Below are positions 1 to 11,411 of a stretch of 64,000 bases of DNA, in pieces (the stretch's first letter is position 1; each line of letters begins with the position of its first letter). This DNA comes from Felis catus (Eukaryota). A model generated the notes under the pieces. The model was not told the DNA's origin, did no database searches, and saw nothing but the letters and a program-made list of their open reading frames with translations. Made by a program: the position numbers and the translations under genes. The DNA is taken from contig NC_058368.1 of NCBI RefSeq assembly GCF_018350175.1, positions 48,982,001 through 49,046,000 of the forward strand, written 5' to 3'.

Positions 1-135
1 GAGAGAAAATCCCAAGCAGGATCTGAGATGTCAGGGTGGAGCCCTACCTGGGGCTTGATCTTAAAAACCATGAGATCATGACCTGAGCTGAAATCAAGAG
101 TCAGACGCTTAGCCGACTTAGCCACCCAGGTGTCT
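1..135 (-). mobile_element. SINEC/CanSINE, older diverged copy, runs off the window start
   Basis: Reverse-complement SINEC head 'tgagatcatgacctgagctgaa...gccacccaggtg'. Confidence 0.85.
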
Positions 136-600
136 CTGTTTTATTTTGTATTATGAAAGTATTATATGATCATTGTAGAACATGTAGAAAATACAGGTAA
201 TTGTAGAGGATGAAAAAAAAACACCTATAATCGCAATAACTAAACTAGCCAACACTTAAAAAGGGAATCATCTTGTTTATTAAAAATTGAAATTATCTTG
301 TATACAAAGTTTATTATCCTGCTTTTTCAACTTAATATTGCATTATGAACTTTTAAAAATATAATAATATGCTTTAATATTATGATCTTTTTGGTTTTTT
401 TTTAATGACTGCTTGGTATGTTACTACTGGATACATTATAATTTATTTAACATTCTCTGGTTATTTAGATGATTTCTGTATTCATATTAAGCATAACAAT
501 AAAATGAAGATTTTTATACTTAAATCTTTTGTGTATCTCTAATTATTTCCCTGTGTACATTCCTGTACATGGAGTCACAGGTCACGTTTTTCAAGCTTTT

Positions 601-816
601 TAAAAAATTAATTTTTGAGAGAGAGAGAGTACATGTGCATGCACACACAAATTGGGGAGGGGCAGAGAGGGAGGGAGAGAAACAGAGAATTCCAAGCAGG
701 CTCCATGCTCTCAGCCCAGAGCCTGATGCAGGGCTCGAACCCATGAACTGTGAGATCATGACCTGAGCTGAAATTAAGAGTTGGATGCTCAACTGACTGA
801 GCAACCCAGGTGCCCC
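601..816 (-). mobile_element. SINEC with 17-bp TSD
   Basis: Antisense SINEC body; flanks 'cacgtttttcaagcttt' (583-599) and 'cacatttttcaagcttt' (816-832). Confidence 0.92.
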
Positions 817-1432
817 ACATTTTTCAAGCTTTCGATTTGTGCTGCAGCACCCAAAAGGATGATTTAATTTGTTTCACTCTATCAAAAACACTCATATTGC
901 TGATCCCTCGTCAACACTGGATAGAGTAACAAATTCCAAATTAAGAAGTACAATGTGTCATTGCTTTATTTGCCTATTTTCGTTTATGTAATGATGAACT
1001 AATTTTGTTTTTCAGACATTCACATTTCTGTTTTTGTAAATTGCCTTTTCATGTTCTTTGTCCATTTTTCATCAAGGATTTTTCTTCTTTTTTTTTTTTC
1101 TTACTGATTTGTGAGAGGTCTTTTTCAATCATATGTGACACAATGTATTTTTTTCCCCCCAGGATCCATTTGCCTTTTAATTTTATTTATGGTTTGTTTT
1201 AAAGTATAAAAACTTAATTTTTATGCCATTGACTATGTCAGTCCTTTCCTTTATGGTTTCTATCTTTGATTTTATGCCTTGAAATTGCTTTCTCAACCCA
1301 ATAGCATATAAAAATTCATCTGTATTTTCTTCTTGATTTGTGTCTGTGTTTTTTTTAATCTTTACACATTTAACTCTTTAGGTTACCTAGAATTCATTTT
1401 TGTGTATAGAATAAAGAAGGGGCCATGTTTAT

Positions 1433-1472
1433 CTTATATATATAAAATTTTTGTATATATATATGTGTGTAC

Positions 1473-1553
<81 letters not shown>
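1433..1553. repeat. Compound (TA)n(TG)n(TA)n microsatellite
   Basis: Directly visible. Confidence 0.97.
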
Positions 1554-1556
<3 letters not shown>

Positions 1557-1794
1557 GCCTCAGCACATAATTCTTCTCCCCACAAATGGAATGCCATTTC
1601 TGTCCTAAAGCAACTTCTTACTCTATTAGGGTTGGGCTTTGGGTTTTACATTCTATTTTCAAGGTCCCCTTTTTAAATTTTACTTTTATACCTTAATATG
1701 AATATTTGAAAAAAATCACTTCCTTGCTTCTCACAGAAACCTGATATGAAAGACTAAATTATACTAACTTCTCAAGTGTTCCCTTCTTTACCAT

Positions 1795-1824
1795 TTAAAA
1801 AAAAATTTTTTAACATTTATTTAT

Positions 1825-1868
<44 letters not shown>

Positions 1869-2034
1869 ATGAGCAGGGGAAGGGCAGAGAAAAGAGGAGA
1901 CACAGAATCTGAAGCAGGCTCCAAGCTCTGAGCTGTCAGCACAGAACCCAACGCGGGGCTCGAACTCACAAACCACGATATCATGACCTGAGTTGAAGTC
2001 AGATGGTCAACCAACTGAGCCACCCAGGCGCCCC
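1795..2034 (-). mobile_element. SINEC_Fc-like element with expanded (CT)n tract and 16-bp TSD
   Basis: TSD 'agtgttcccttcttta' at 1775-1790 and 2039-2054. Confidence 0.95.
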
Positions 2035-2780
2035 ATCCAGTGTTCCCTTCTTTAGTTCAGAGCACCAGGATTCACTTATTTCTGGAGAAGCCCTGATATA
2101 AGCCGACATTTAGCTTTTGGAAGTGGTGACTTTTGGAAGTGGTGACTGAGGTGGAGTGGCCAGCCTGGCAATCAACAGTGTGCATGGACTGTCAGCAACA
2201 AAATAATGACATTGATCTTTTTATTATCCCTGTGTATCAGCAAGTTTAAATATTGTTAATGATAAAATTCTCTCCTAAAAAATCTTTTGTGGGTTTAAAT
2301 TCTAAACAATCTCCATAGTTGAGTTTTAATAACATATGCATGGCTTCAAATTAGTATAAACATTATATTCTCTTTGGAAGGTATTTCAGAGAACTCCAAA
2401 TTACACAGTCGGCTCCTAATGCACAGAGATTAACTACATGTGCTTGTTTGAAGAGTAAATTTGTAAAAGTTCACAATCATTTGAGCTTGCTTGGGGAGTT
2501 TTCCAACTCCCGAGGAACTAGATATTCCTGCATTTAAATGGTAGATACGAAGTGAACAAGAGAGCATAGTGATCGTAAATTGGAAGAAACAGAATGTGAT
2601 GAATTTTCTGGGAAAGCCATTTTAGTGGAGATTTTTTTTGTTTGCAGAGAGATTTGAGGGCTGCTAAAATAAATTCTGAAGAAACAAAGACATGGATGGC
2701 ACAGCAAGTCTTAGAATTTATTGTAAAAATGAGATTTTTATAAATATCTGCAAAACCTATTTGTATGTTTAAGATTTTCC

Positions 2781-2884
2781 ATATATATCTAGATATATCT
2801 ATATGGGTATCTAGATATATCTATATGGGTATATGGATATATCTATATGGATATCTAGATATATCTAGATATATCTAGATATCT
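2781..2884. repeat. Self-complementary minisatellite-like array (tatctagata / atatggg units)
   Basis: Repeated 'atatctagat'; 34-bp perfect palindrome at 2850-2883. Confidence 0.9.
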
Positions 2885-3514
2885 GTTGCTTCATTTGAAA
2901 GAGCATTTCAAATTGTAATTAATATAATCTACTAATTTGTAGAAGTCTTTACAGTTTCTTGCATTACTAACAGATGAATACGTAGGTTTATATTTTATTT
3001 CCAAGTTTTGCTCCATTGCTTATTTTCTCTTTTGATATTGTAGTATTTATTTGTCTTTAACTAATTAGTTCATTTTTATGGGAAAAACTATACCGCAAAG
3101 TTAATAAAAGGAAATTTTCATACCTGGGATTTTGTTCCCGGTCATTATTATAATTTGCTTTAGTTCATGATTATAACTGAAAATAACTTTGTTGTCTAGA
3201 AAAGAGGATGTTAAAAAGCACTCAGCTCAAAGTTTTATACACACTAGGTACACTTCTCTCTGCAGGAAACCCTGACCCACCGTGGGCTTGTCTGGCCACC
3301 ATCTCAGAGGGAGCCTCTACTGTTTCTGTAGTATTTGTAGCTGCCTTGCAGCCTACTGTCACTCCTAGATTTGGAGTGTGTGGAGTTATTATACAGCACG
3401 ACTTCTCTGACATGTTAGTCGGCCAACGATGTCTCCTCAGTCATTCTAAACATATCAATTTCTGGTTGACATTCTTCCTAGTTTCCAGTGATCTATTTCT
3501 TACATATCTAAAAC

Positions 3515-3854
3515 AGTTTTTTTTAATGTTTATTTATTTTTGAGAGACAGAGACAGAGTATAAGCAGAGGAGAGGCAGAGAGAGAGGGAGACACAGAATC
3601 TGAAGCAGGTTCCAGGCTCTGAGCTGTCAGCACAGAGTCTAACATGGGGCTCGAACTCACACGCTGTGATATCATGACCTGAGCTGAAGTTGGACACTCA
3701 ACTTGGACGCTCAAATGTGCCTAGGGGGGCTTGGGTGGCTCAGTCATTTGAGCGCCTGACTTGGGCACAGGTCATGATCTCATGGTCTGTGAGTTCAAGC
3801 CCTGCGTCGGGCTCTGTGCTGACAGCTCAGACCCTGGAGCCACCCAGGTGCCCC
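3515..3854 (-). mobile_element. SINEC carrying an internal, oppositely oriented 129-bp SINEC segment (3713-3841)
   Basis: Antisense SINEC body 3515-3712 resumes at 3837-3854; TSD 'tcttacat(a/t)tcta' at 3498-3510 and 3855-3867. Confidence 0.92.
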
Positions 3855-4164
3855 TCTTACATTTCTACCATTCTCATCCAAATTATATATATTTTGAAGT
3901 TTAGTCTTATGGCAGTACCTTTCCAATGTCTTATCTGGAAGTCAAATACTGACCATTAACAACAGGAAGGAGGAAGGGAGGCCACAAGAGACTATTTCCA
4001 ATGTAAAATATGACCAGGTAACTCATTGCCCTTCTCTTGGGCCAAGGTGGGTGGGCAAAGGGGAACTTCCCTGCTTAGAGGTAAAGAGAAGGTAAGCTCA
4101 TCCTCTGCAATGATGCACAAGCCTCGTTGTTACTTCTGCCTCTAGTAACAAGAATTCTAGCTTT

Positions 4165-4705
4165 TGTTTCTAAGGGGCATATGTACCCCAATGTTTATAG
4201 CAACACTTTTGACAATAACCAAAGTATGGAAAGAGCCCAAATGTCTATCAACAGATGAATGGATAAAGGAGATGTGGTAAATATAAACAATGGAATATTA
4301 CTCAGTGATCAAAAAGAATGAAGTTTACTATTTGCAACAACGGGGGTGGAATACAGTGTGTTATGCTATGTGAAATGAGTCAGTCAGAGAAAGACAAATC
4401 TATGATTTCACTCATATGTGAAATTTAAGATACAAAACAGATGAACTTAGGAGAAGAGAAGCAAAAGTAATATTAAAAAAAAGAGAGGGAGGCAAACCAT
4501 AAGAGACTCTTATACAGAGAACAAACTGAGGGTTGCTAGCAGGGGGTTGCGTGGAGGGGATGGGCTGGGGGGGTGATGAACATCAAGAAGGACACTTGAT
4601 GGGATGAGCACTGGGTATTATAAGTAAGCGATGAATCACTAAATCATTATTACACCATATGTGAACTAGCTTGGAGCTAAATTTTTAAAAATTTAAACAT
4701 AATGA
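4165..4705 (+). mobile_element. 5'-truncated carnivore L1 (ORF2 C-terminus plus 3'UTR) with 15-bp TSD
   Basis: Homologous to 45480-45960 of the full-length L1; TSD 'aagaattctagcttt' at 4150-4164 and 4706-4720. Confidence 0.92.
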
Positions 4706-5037
4706 AAGAATTCTAGCTTTAAAAACGAGTGGTTGGAATGCATATTCTTTGATAAAAATATGCACAGAATTTCAGAGCTGCAGCTTCCAGTCTAAGCCCT
4801 TCCTTCACTTTATAGAAAAAATTAAGTCCCAGAGGAGCCAAATCACTTGAGTTAATTCCTCAAGTTAGTAGCAGAATTGAAACCAGAGCTCAAATCTACT
4901 TACTTGTAATTAAACATGTTTTCTAATAGAGATATTGTCGTGTTTGCTTTTATGTCACTCTTAACCTTTCCCCACAATTCCTGTCTCTTGGCTGTTGTGA
5001 GGATTAAGTACAATAATATATATTAAAAATGTGCCTA

Positions 5038-5247
5038 TGGGCGCCTGGGTGGCTCAGTCATTTAAGCGCCTGACTTGGGCACAGGTCATGATCTCACGGT
5101 CTGGGTGTTCAAGCCCTGCGTCAGGCTCTGTGCTGACAGCTCAGAGCCTGGAGCCTGCTTCAGATTCTGTGTCTTCATCTCTGTCTGCAGCCCCTCCCCC
5201 CCCCCACTCTCTCTCAAAAATGAAGAAAATATTAAAAAAATTTTTTT
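5038..5247 (+). mobile_element. SINEC
   Basis: Sense SINEC head, body and A-rich tail; flanked by 'aaatgtgcct' on both sides. Confidence 0.93.
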
Positions 5248-5261
5248 AAATGTGCCTGAAC

Positions 5262-5362
5262 AGACACATGCACCCCAATGTTCATAGCAGCACTATTAAC
5301 AATAGCCAAAGTATGGAAAGAGCCCAAAAGTCCACTGATGGATGAATGGATAAAGAAGATGT

Positions 5363-5456
<94 letters not shown>

Positions 5457-5840
5457 AGTATTACTCAGCAATCAAAAAGAATGAAATCTTGCCATTTGCA
5501 ACTACGTGGATGGAACTGGAGGGTATTATGCTAAGTGAAATTAGGGAAAGACAAATATCATATGACTTCACTCATATGAGGACTTTAAGAGACAAAACAG
5601 ATGAACATAAGGGAAGGGAAACAAAAATAATATAAAAACAGGGAGGGGGACAAAGCATAAAAGACTCATAAATATGGAGAACAAACAGAGGCTTACTGGA
5701 GGAGGTGTGGGAGGGGGGATGTGCTAAATGGGTAAGAGGCATTAAGGAATCTACTCCTGAAATCATTGTTTCACTATATGCTAACTAATTTGGATGTAAA
5801 TTAAAATAATAAAATAAATTAAATTAAAAAACTAAAATAA
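5262..5840 (+). mobile_element. 5'-truncated carnivore L1 3' end with 14-bp TSD and internal (TG)n(TA)n microsatellite
   Basis: Translates MFIAALLTIAKVWKEPKSPLMDEWIKKMW (L1 ORF2 C-terminus); A-rich tail; TSD 'aaatgtgcctgaac' at 5248-5261 and 5841-5854. Confidence 0.93.
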
Positions 5841-7544
5841 AAATGTGCCTGAACTTCTAAAAGCAACTCAAAGTTTTTAGTCTATCCTGACTGAGGATAA
5901 TTGGAATATGGCTACTTTTTGAACTCACTTGAAATTTCTTCTCTGAGTATTTACTTTGTGAATATGACTCTGGTTTCTTTGATTTGAAATGTAACGAATA
6001 AGGAGCTGGATTCTAATATCTGTTAGATTTTGAAGGCTCATAACACATTTTCCCTCACTAAATATTATCTATTGAACCTGAGAGGCTTGGGTTGGAATCT
6101 TTGGCTACATCAGCAACAATATGATCAATGGTCAATCATGACATGATGGGGCAAAGACTATCACTAGGTACGGATTTGGAAATAAGGAAACTATGAATGC
6201 ATTGCATATAGGCAGTTTAGATAGAGGGTGTGGGAAGCATTTTAATAAAGAATCATTTTATTAAAATGTGATTTTGATTGATATGCTAACTGGCTCACTG
6301 TTCCTAGAGACAGTACACAAAGTATCTTTCCAGTTGGTTAAGAAATAAGCAAAAGTAAATAATCAGTGTTATTATCCTCTATTGTAAGAATAAGAACCAG
6401 AGGGGAGTTATTGTATAAGATTCAATCATGGACTAATAAAAAGGGCATAACTTGGTAATGAACAGATAATTCCTTTCTGTGGGTTAATTCCAGTAATAAA
6501 TTTTAAGGACATACAAGTTAATGTAGATGAAGAAGAAATATCCAAAAGTAACCAAGAGTAAAAATTAGCAGAGAGGAATTAGAAATGCAACATAATAAAG
6601 GCAGGAGAGGGAGACGTGAGTGAAGCTAAGGAGAGAAATAGAAGCACTCAAAAGCTACTGTATGTTCCCATAGTGTACAATATATAAGAACAAAGTCAGC
6701 AGTAAAGACAATACGGGCACTGAGAGATTCTGGGGAGGGTTTTATTTCCTGCGGATAAGCAGTTATTCAAAAATATAATAAATATCTTATTCATTTTAAA
6801 AGATTCAAGTGATGTAAGTACAGACTACTAGAAATGAGTAAGACTTTCCCTCAATGAAAATGAAAATTTTGAAGTAAATTGAATAATATTAATATATATT
6901 CAAGGATTTAGGCTACAGATTTAATCCTTGAATCTGTCATAACTAAAGCAAAATATCAGAAGATGAGTGAGACTAGATTTACTACAGAATCTCAAATCCT
7001 ATTATTTTTTAGGTCTGTATACAGACATAAATAATATTTATTTGCCTGTTAAGGAGGCCGACTTTTTACATACTTGAACAACTTTACCACTGACTTTGTG
7101 ACATCCTTGGTGATGGATAGGAAAGAAGCTCAGAGACAAAGTAAGGAGAGAGTTTCCCATGAGCTTGACAGTCTGGGTGTCTCTGATTTGCACCCTCCCA
7201 CTTCTGGTACACACAAACACACACAAGTTCATGACTTCATTTTTTTTCTGCCTGTAGGATTATAAAGACCTATCACTACACTCTAACAGATTTTCAAGAA
7301 ATATTTAAAAGCACAGAGGACATACAAAAATAAGAATTAAGGTAACGAGAAATGCCAGTCACTGTCTGTGGCCATGTATCTATACAAAATGATGTAATCT
7401 TCACATCAATCTGTGAACAAGGTGCTCTTTTCAGATAGAAAAAGGGAAATAACATGGGACCAGATACAAACCCAAGTCATCTGACTTCAAAGCTTGTCAC
7501 CATTATGCTTCTCTTAGGTGGGTAAAAAGGGAACAAAGCATTTT

Positions 7545-8008
7545 TTTCCAGTGTTACTAAGATATAATTGACATATAACATTGCATTAGTCCAAGGCATA
7601 CAACATAGTGATTTGATACATGTATACATTGCAACAAACTTAGTTAACGTCCATCACTTCACAGAGTTATAATGTTTTTCTTGTGTTCAGAACGTTTAAG
7701 ATATCCTCTCGTAGCAATTTTCAAATACACAATACAGTATCATTAACCATAGTTGCCATGCTGTACATTATATCTCTGGAACTTACTTATCTTATTACTG
7801 GAAGTTCATACTTTTTGACCACCTCACCCATTTACCCCAGCCCCTATTCCCCACCTCTGGCAACCACTAATCTGTTCTCTGTATCTGTGAGTTCAGTTTT
7901 TCGAGGTTCCTCATATAAGTGAGATCATACAATATTTTTCTTTCTCTGTCTGACTTATTTTACTTATAATGCCCTCAAGGTCCATCAATGTTGTTACAGA
8001 TGGCAAGA

Positions 8009-8068
<60 letters not shown>

Positions 8069-8180
8069 TTCCTTCCTTCCTTCCTTCCTTCCTTCCTTCC
8101 TTCCTTCCTCCCTCCCTCCCTCCCTTCCTCCCTTTCTTTCTTCCTTCCTTCCTTCCTTCCTCCCTCCCTCCCTCCCTCCC

Positions 8181-8240
<60 letters not shown>

Positions 8241-8255
8241 TTATGGCTGAATAAC
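7545..8255 (-). mobile_element. Older L1 (L1MA/L1_Carn-like) 3' end, antisense, interrupted by a pyrimidine microsatellite
   Basis: Typical antisense L1 3' text: 'gatataattgacatataacattg', 'catataagtgagatcatac', 'ctgacttattt', 'tttatggctgaataa'. Confidence 0.8.
8009..8242. repeat. Compound (TTTC)n/(TTCC)n/(TCCC)n microsatellite
   Basis: Directly visible, about 230 bp of nearly pure pyrimidine. Confidence 0.97.
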
Positions 8256-8589
8256 AATGAATGAAATATTGAAGAAAATCTCTTTACATACATTTACCCA
8301 TTAGTTCCAATATGGAACAATGTAGAATCTCTTTTAATTTCAGTATTTGAAAACAAACTAATCCTCTCTGCTAATTCAGGGCCCAGATGATTTGTGTTTG
8401 TTTTTTTTTTCTATTTCTTACATCATTTGTTCATCTCTTTCAAAAATGTGAAAATTTCTAATCCGTGTTAGACATTCTCCAAAAAGAGTATGTGAAAAAG
8501 TCTAATCTGAGGGCAGCTGGTCTGTATCAGCTAGAATCAGGTTGCTCAGTAGAGTTTTTAAGCCAGCTTTACAGACAGCATTTATTCTT

Positions 8590-9065
8590 TGATATAAATA
8601 AGAACAAAGTTCAGAGGACGTAGTCTGGAGAAAGCACAAAATCATTGAAGACCCAGGATCCTTCTATCTTTCTTTTCTCCTTGATTTCCATCTGCAAGAT
8701 AACTGCACTGTGTCAGGTTGCTGTAGGAATTCCATCCACATCATTGGGGTAGAAGAAAAGGGAGAGAGAGAGAGAATGAGAGAGAGAGAGAAAGATAGAG
8801 AGAGAGAAAGATAAAGAAAGAAGGAGGAGGAGGAGGAAGAAGAAGAGGGGGAAGAGGAGGAGGAAGGGGAGAATTTTTAATTTAAAGAAACTTCTCAGAA
8901 TCTTCCTCTTCTCACTGACCAGAAAGTAGTCACATGGCCACATTTACTTGCTAAAAACCCTGGAGACTATAGGGACCCACAGATAAACTGAATAAAACTA
9001 GAGTTCTGTTACTAAGGTGGAGAGCGGGAATGAATGTTGGTAGAAAGAAGGAAGAGCTGCTGCCA
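8590..9065 (-). mobile_element. Old MLT1-family (MaLR) LTR remnant with internal purine-rich simple repeat (about 8750-8872)
   Basis: 'ctcactgaccagaaagtagtcacatggccaca' resembles the MLT1J/K/L core motif; similar text at 32470 and 62575. Confidence 0.55.
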
Positions 9066-11197
9066 TTACATCATAAAGAAACTTAGGGGACTCCAGGGGG
9101 CCAAGAGGAAAACAAAAATAAAACAAACTGGGGGTCAGAGCCCAATTCAGAAATGCACTCTAAACTTAGAAGAGTAATGGGAGGCAACTGCATGGTCGGG
9201 AACTGGATTAGGTGTATTTGTACTCATTTATAGTGGATTAACTTTTTTAATTGTTGGGAGTCAACGTTTACCTAAAGGGACGTCTTACAGGTTGGATTTA
9301 CATAGCAATAGTTACTTTAAAGTTCTTTTAGGAATGAAAGAAAGCCCCAACTTAATTATTCTGAGTCCGCATTCCCTGAAATCAATCAGACATGGACTCA
9401 GCCCTCCCCTTTCTGTTCCTCAGCATATAATACAATGGTTTAGAGGCAAGGGAAGAAACTCCCTTCCTTTCCTTTGTTTTCTTTGTCTCAAACCACCATC
9501 TCTGAATTCCAAGGTACAGTGGAGATACACACCAAAGAAATCTTTAGATAATTACACTCCATTCTTTTCATCTCATTTCAAATTATAGAGATGAAACTAC
9601 CACCAGATAAAAACATTTTCATAAGCACTTTACTTCTACATTCCAATGGATGTCGAAGAGAGAACATATGTACGCACAGCCATATTCACAAACATTTATA
9701 ACCTCCAGCAACTATAAAGTCTCATCTGTTCTATAAAGAAAGGCTCTGTTCCCAGTGCCATTTGCCAGCGGACGCTGATCACTTGACAGTTACATTTAAA
9801 GGCAGCAGGCTCTTGACTCTGAATCCTATGCACTAAACACCTGTTCCCTGTCAGACACTGCAGCTGACATTTTTCCAAGAGACCTGGTTATTTTGTTGGG
9901 ACTGTTCCTTGCCCCACGCACCACATAAAGAATCGTCAGGGGATTGCCTGAGATTTCAACAGGCGTGAAGTTGAAAGCAGAGCTCTGCAGGGCTCTCGAC
10001 ACGTGAAAAGAGATGCAGGAAGGTCCACGTTTACCAACAGACAAAGTACCTTTTGCCGCCTCACCCCCAGGCCTTCTGCCATGGTAGATAGACCAGCATC
10101 TTCTGATACCACTGTTGGCATATTTTTGTGACACTGAGGCTGGCTTTCAAATTCTTTTAAAACACGACATTAAGCATGTGGTTATAAAAGTTATCCATAG
10201 TTATTATAGTAAGATAGAAATATATAAAATAAATCACAAATAAAAAATACACAAATATACATTATCAGGAGCCACAAGCTGTAAAGCTGGGCTGTTATAG
10301 TTTTATAGATGTTGGTAGAAGACATGAGAATCCCAGGTCTGAGACAACGAACAGTGCACAATGGCAATAGAGGATCAGCACGCTTGGAACCAGTTCCTGA
10401 GCCCTAATTTTCACAGGGTGACACAAAGAGGGCCTAATGACACCTGTATACACAAGTGGGTTCTGGGACAGGAGAGGAACACTGAACAAGTCTTTTCGTA
10501 TGGGGAATAGCCTACCGGAACTTTGTCTCAGAAGGAGAGATTATCTTTATTAAACCGGGTAGTAAACCAATGTACTTTTTGCTCCAGAGAGACACTGTCT
10601 CCACCTTCCAAGGCTATTCACAATACATTCTTGGAAAGATAGTCTGGAAGAAGGAGAAGTCAGGGCCTCTTCTTGCAAAATAAGCAGAAACGTGAGAGAC
10701 CCATGGAAACCTCTCTCCCAACACATACAAACCAACTCCCCAGAGAAGAGCATGCTGGCATCTTCGAGCTTATGAATAGATAAACGTGCTTATTTTAAAA
10801 AGTTATGCCCTTCAGTAATACTATACACTATAAACTTAAGAATATACCATGCTTAAAAAAGAATATATTATGCCTTTTGCTCTGTGATTTTATAGGATAT
10901 AGTGTTCTAAAATATAAATTTACTATTAAAAAAACCTATTGTTGGACATTTAGAAAGGTTCTAAAATTTTGCCATTATAAGCAATATCTACTGAAACACT
11001 TTTGTACATAATTTTTACGCACAGTCATGATTATTTCCTTAAAATAAATTGTAACAGTGATGTTTGTAGGTAAAAGTTAATGGTTAGTTTTGAAACTTAT
11101 GATAAATCTTGCTAAATTATTCTAAGAAAAAGTTGTATCAATTTATACTCCTGCCAACAATGTGTAACATAATTTCCATTTTTAAGAAGACATTTTA

Positions 11198-11411
11198 GGG
11201 GTGCCTGAGTGGCTCAGTTGGTTAAGTGTCTGACTTCAGGTCAGGTCATGATCTCATGGCTCATGGGTTCGCGTCCCATGTAGGTCTCTGTGCTAACAGC
11301 TCACTCAGAGTCTGGAGCCTGCTTCAGATTCTGTGTCTCTTTCTCTTTGCCCCTCCCTGGCTTAAGCTCTGTCTTTGCCTCTCTCAAAAATAAAAAGAAA
11401 AATTAAAAAAA
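11198..11411 (+). mobile_element. SINEC with TSD
   Basis: Sense SINEC; 'gaagacatttta' on both sides. Confidence 0.92.

Larger units (their letters stand above)
250..1680 (-). mobile_element. Ancient degraded L1M-type (L1ME-like) fragments, interrupted by a SINE and a microsatellite
   Basis: T-rich text resembling antisense old L1 ORF2/3' sequence (e.g. 'ttgccttttaattttatttatgg', 'ctagaattcatttttgtgtatag'); edges approximate. Confidence 0.45.

Noticed and set aside
6898..6933. 11-bp inverted repeat attcaaggatt/aatccttgaat (also 8-bp stems near 47371 and 57158)
   Set aside because: Short stems in AT-rich DNA are plausible by chance; no miRNA-length hairpin.
7969..8293. F/L/S-rich and K/E/R-rich ORFs (also 1333-1676, 5232-5534, 21955-22255)
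   Set aside because: Read-through of microsatellites.
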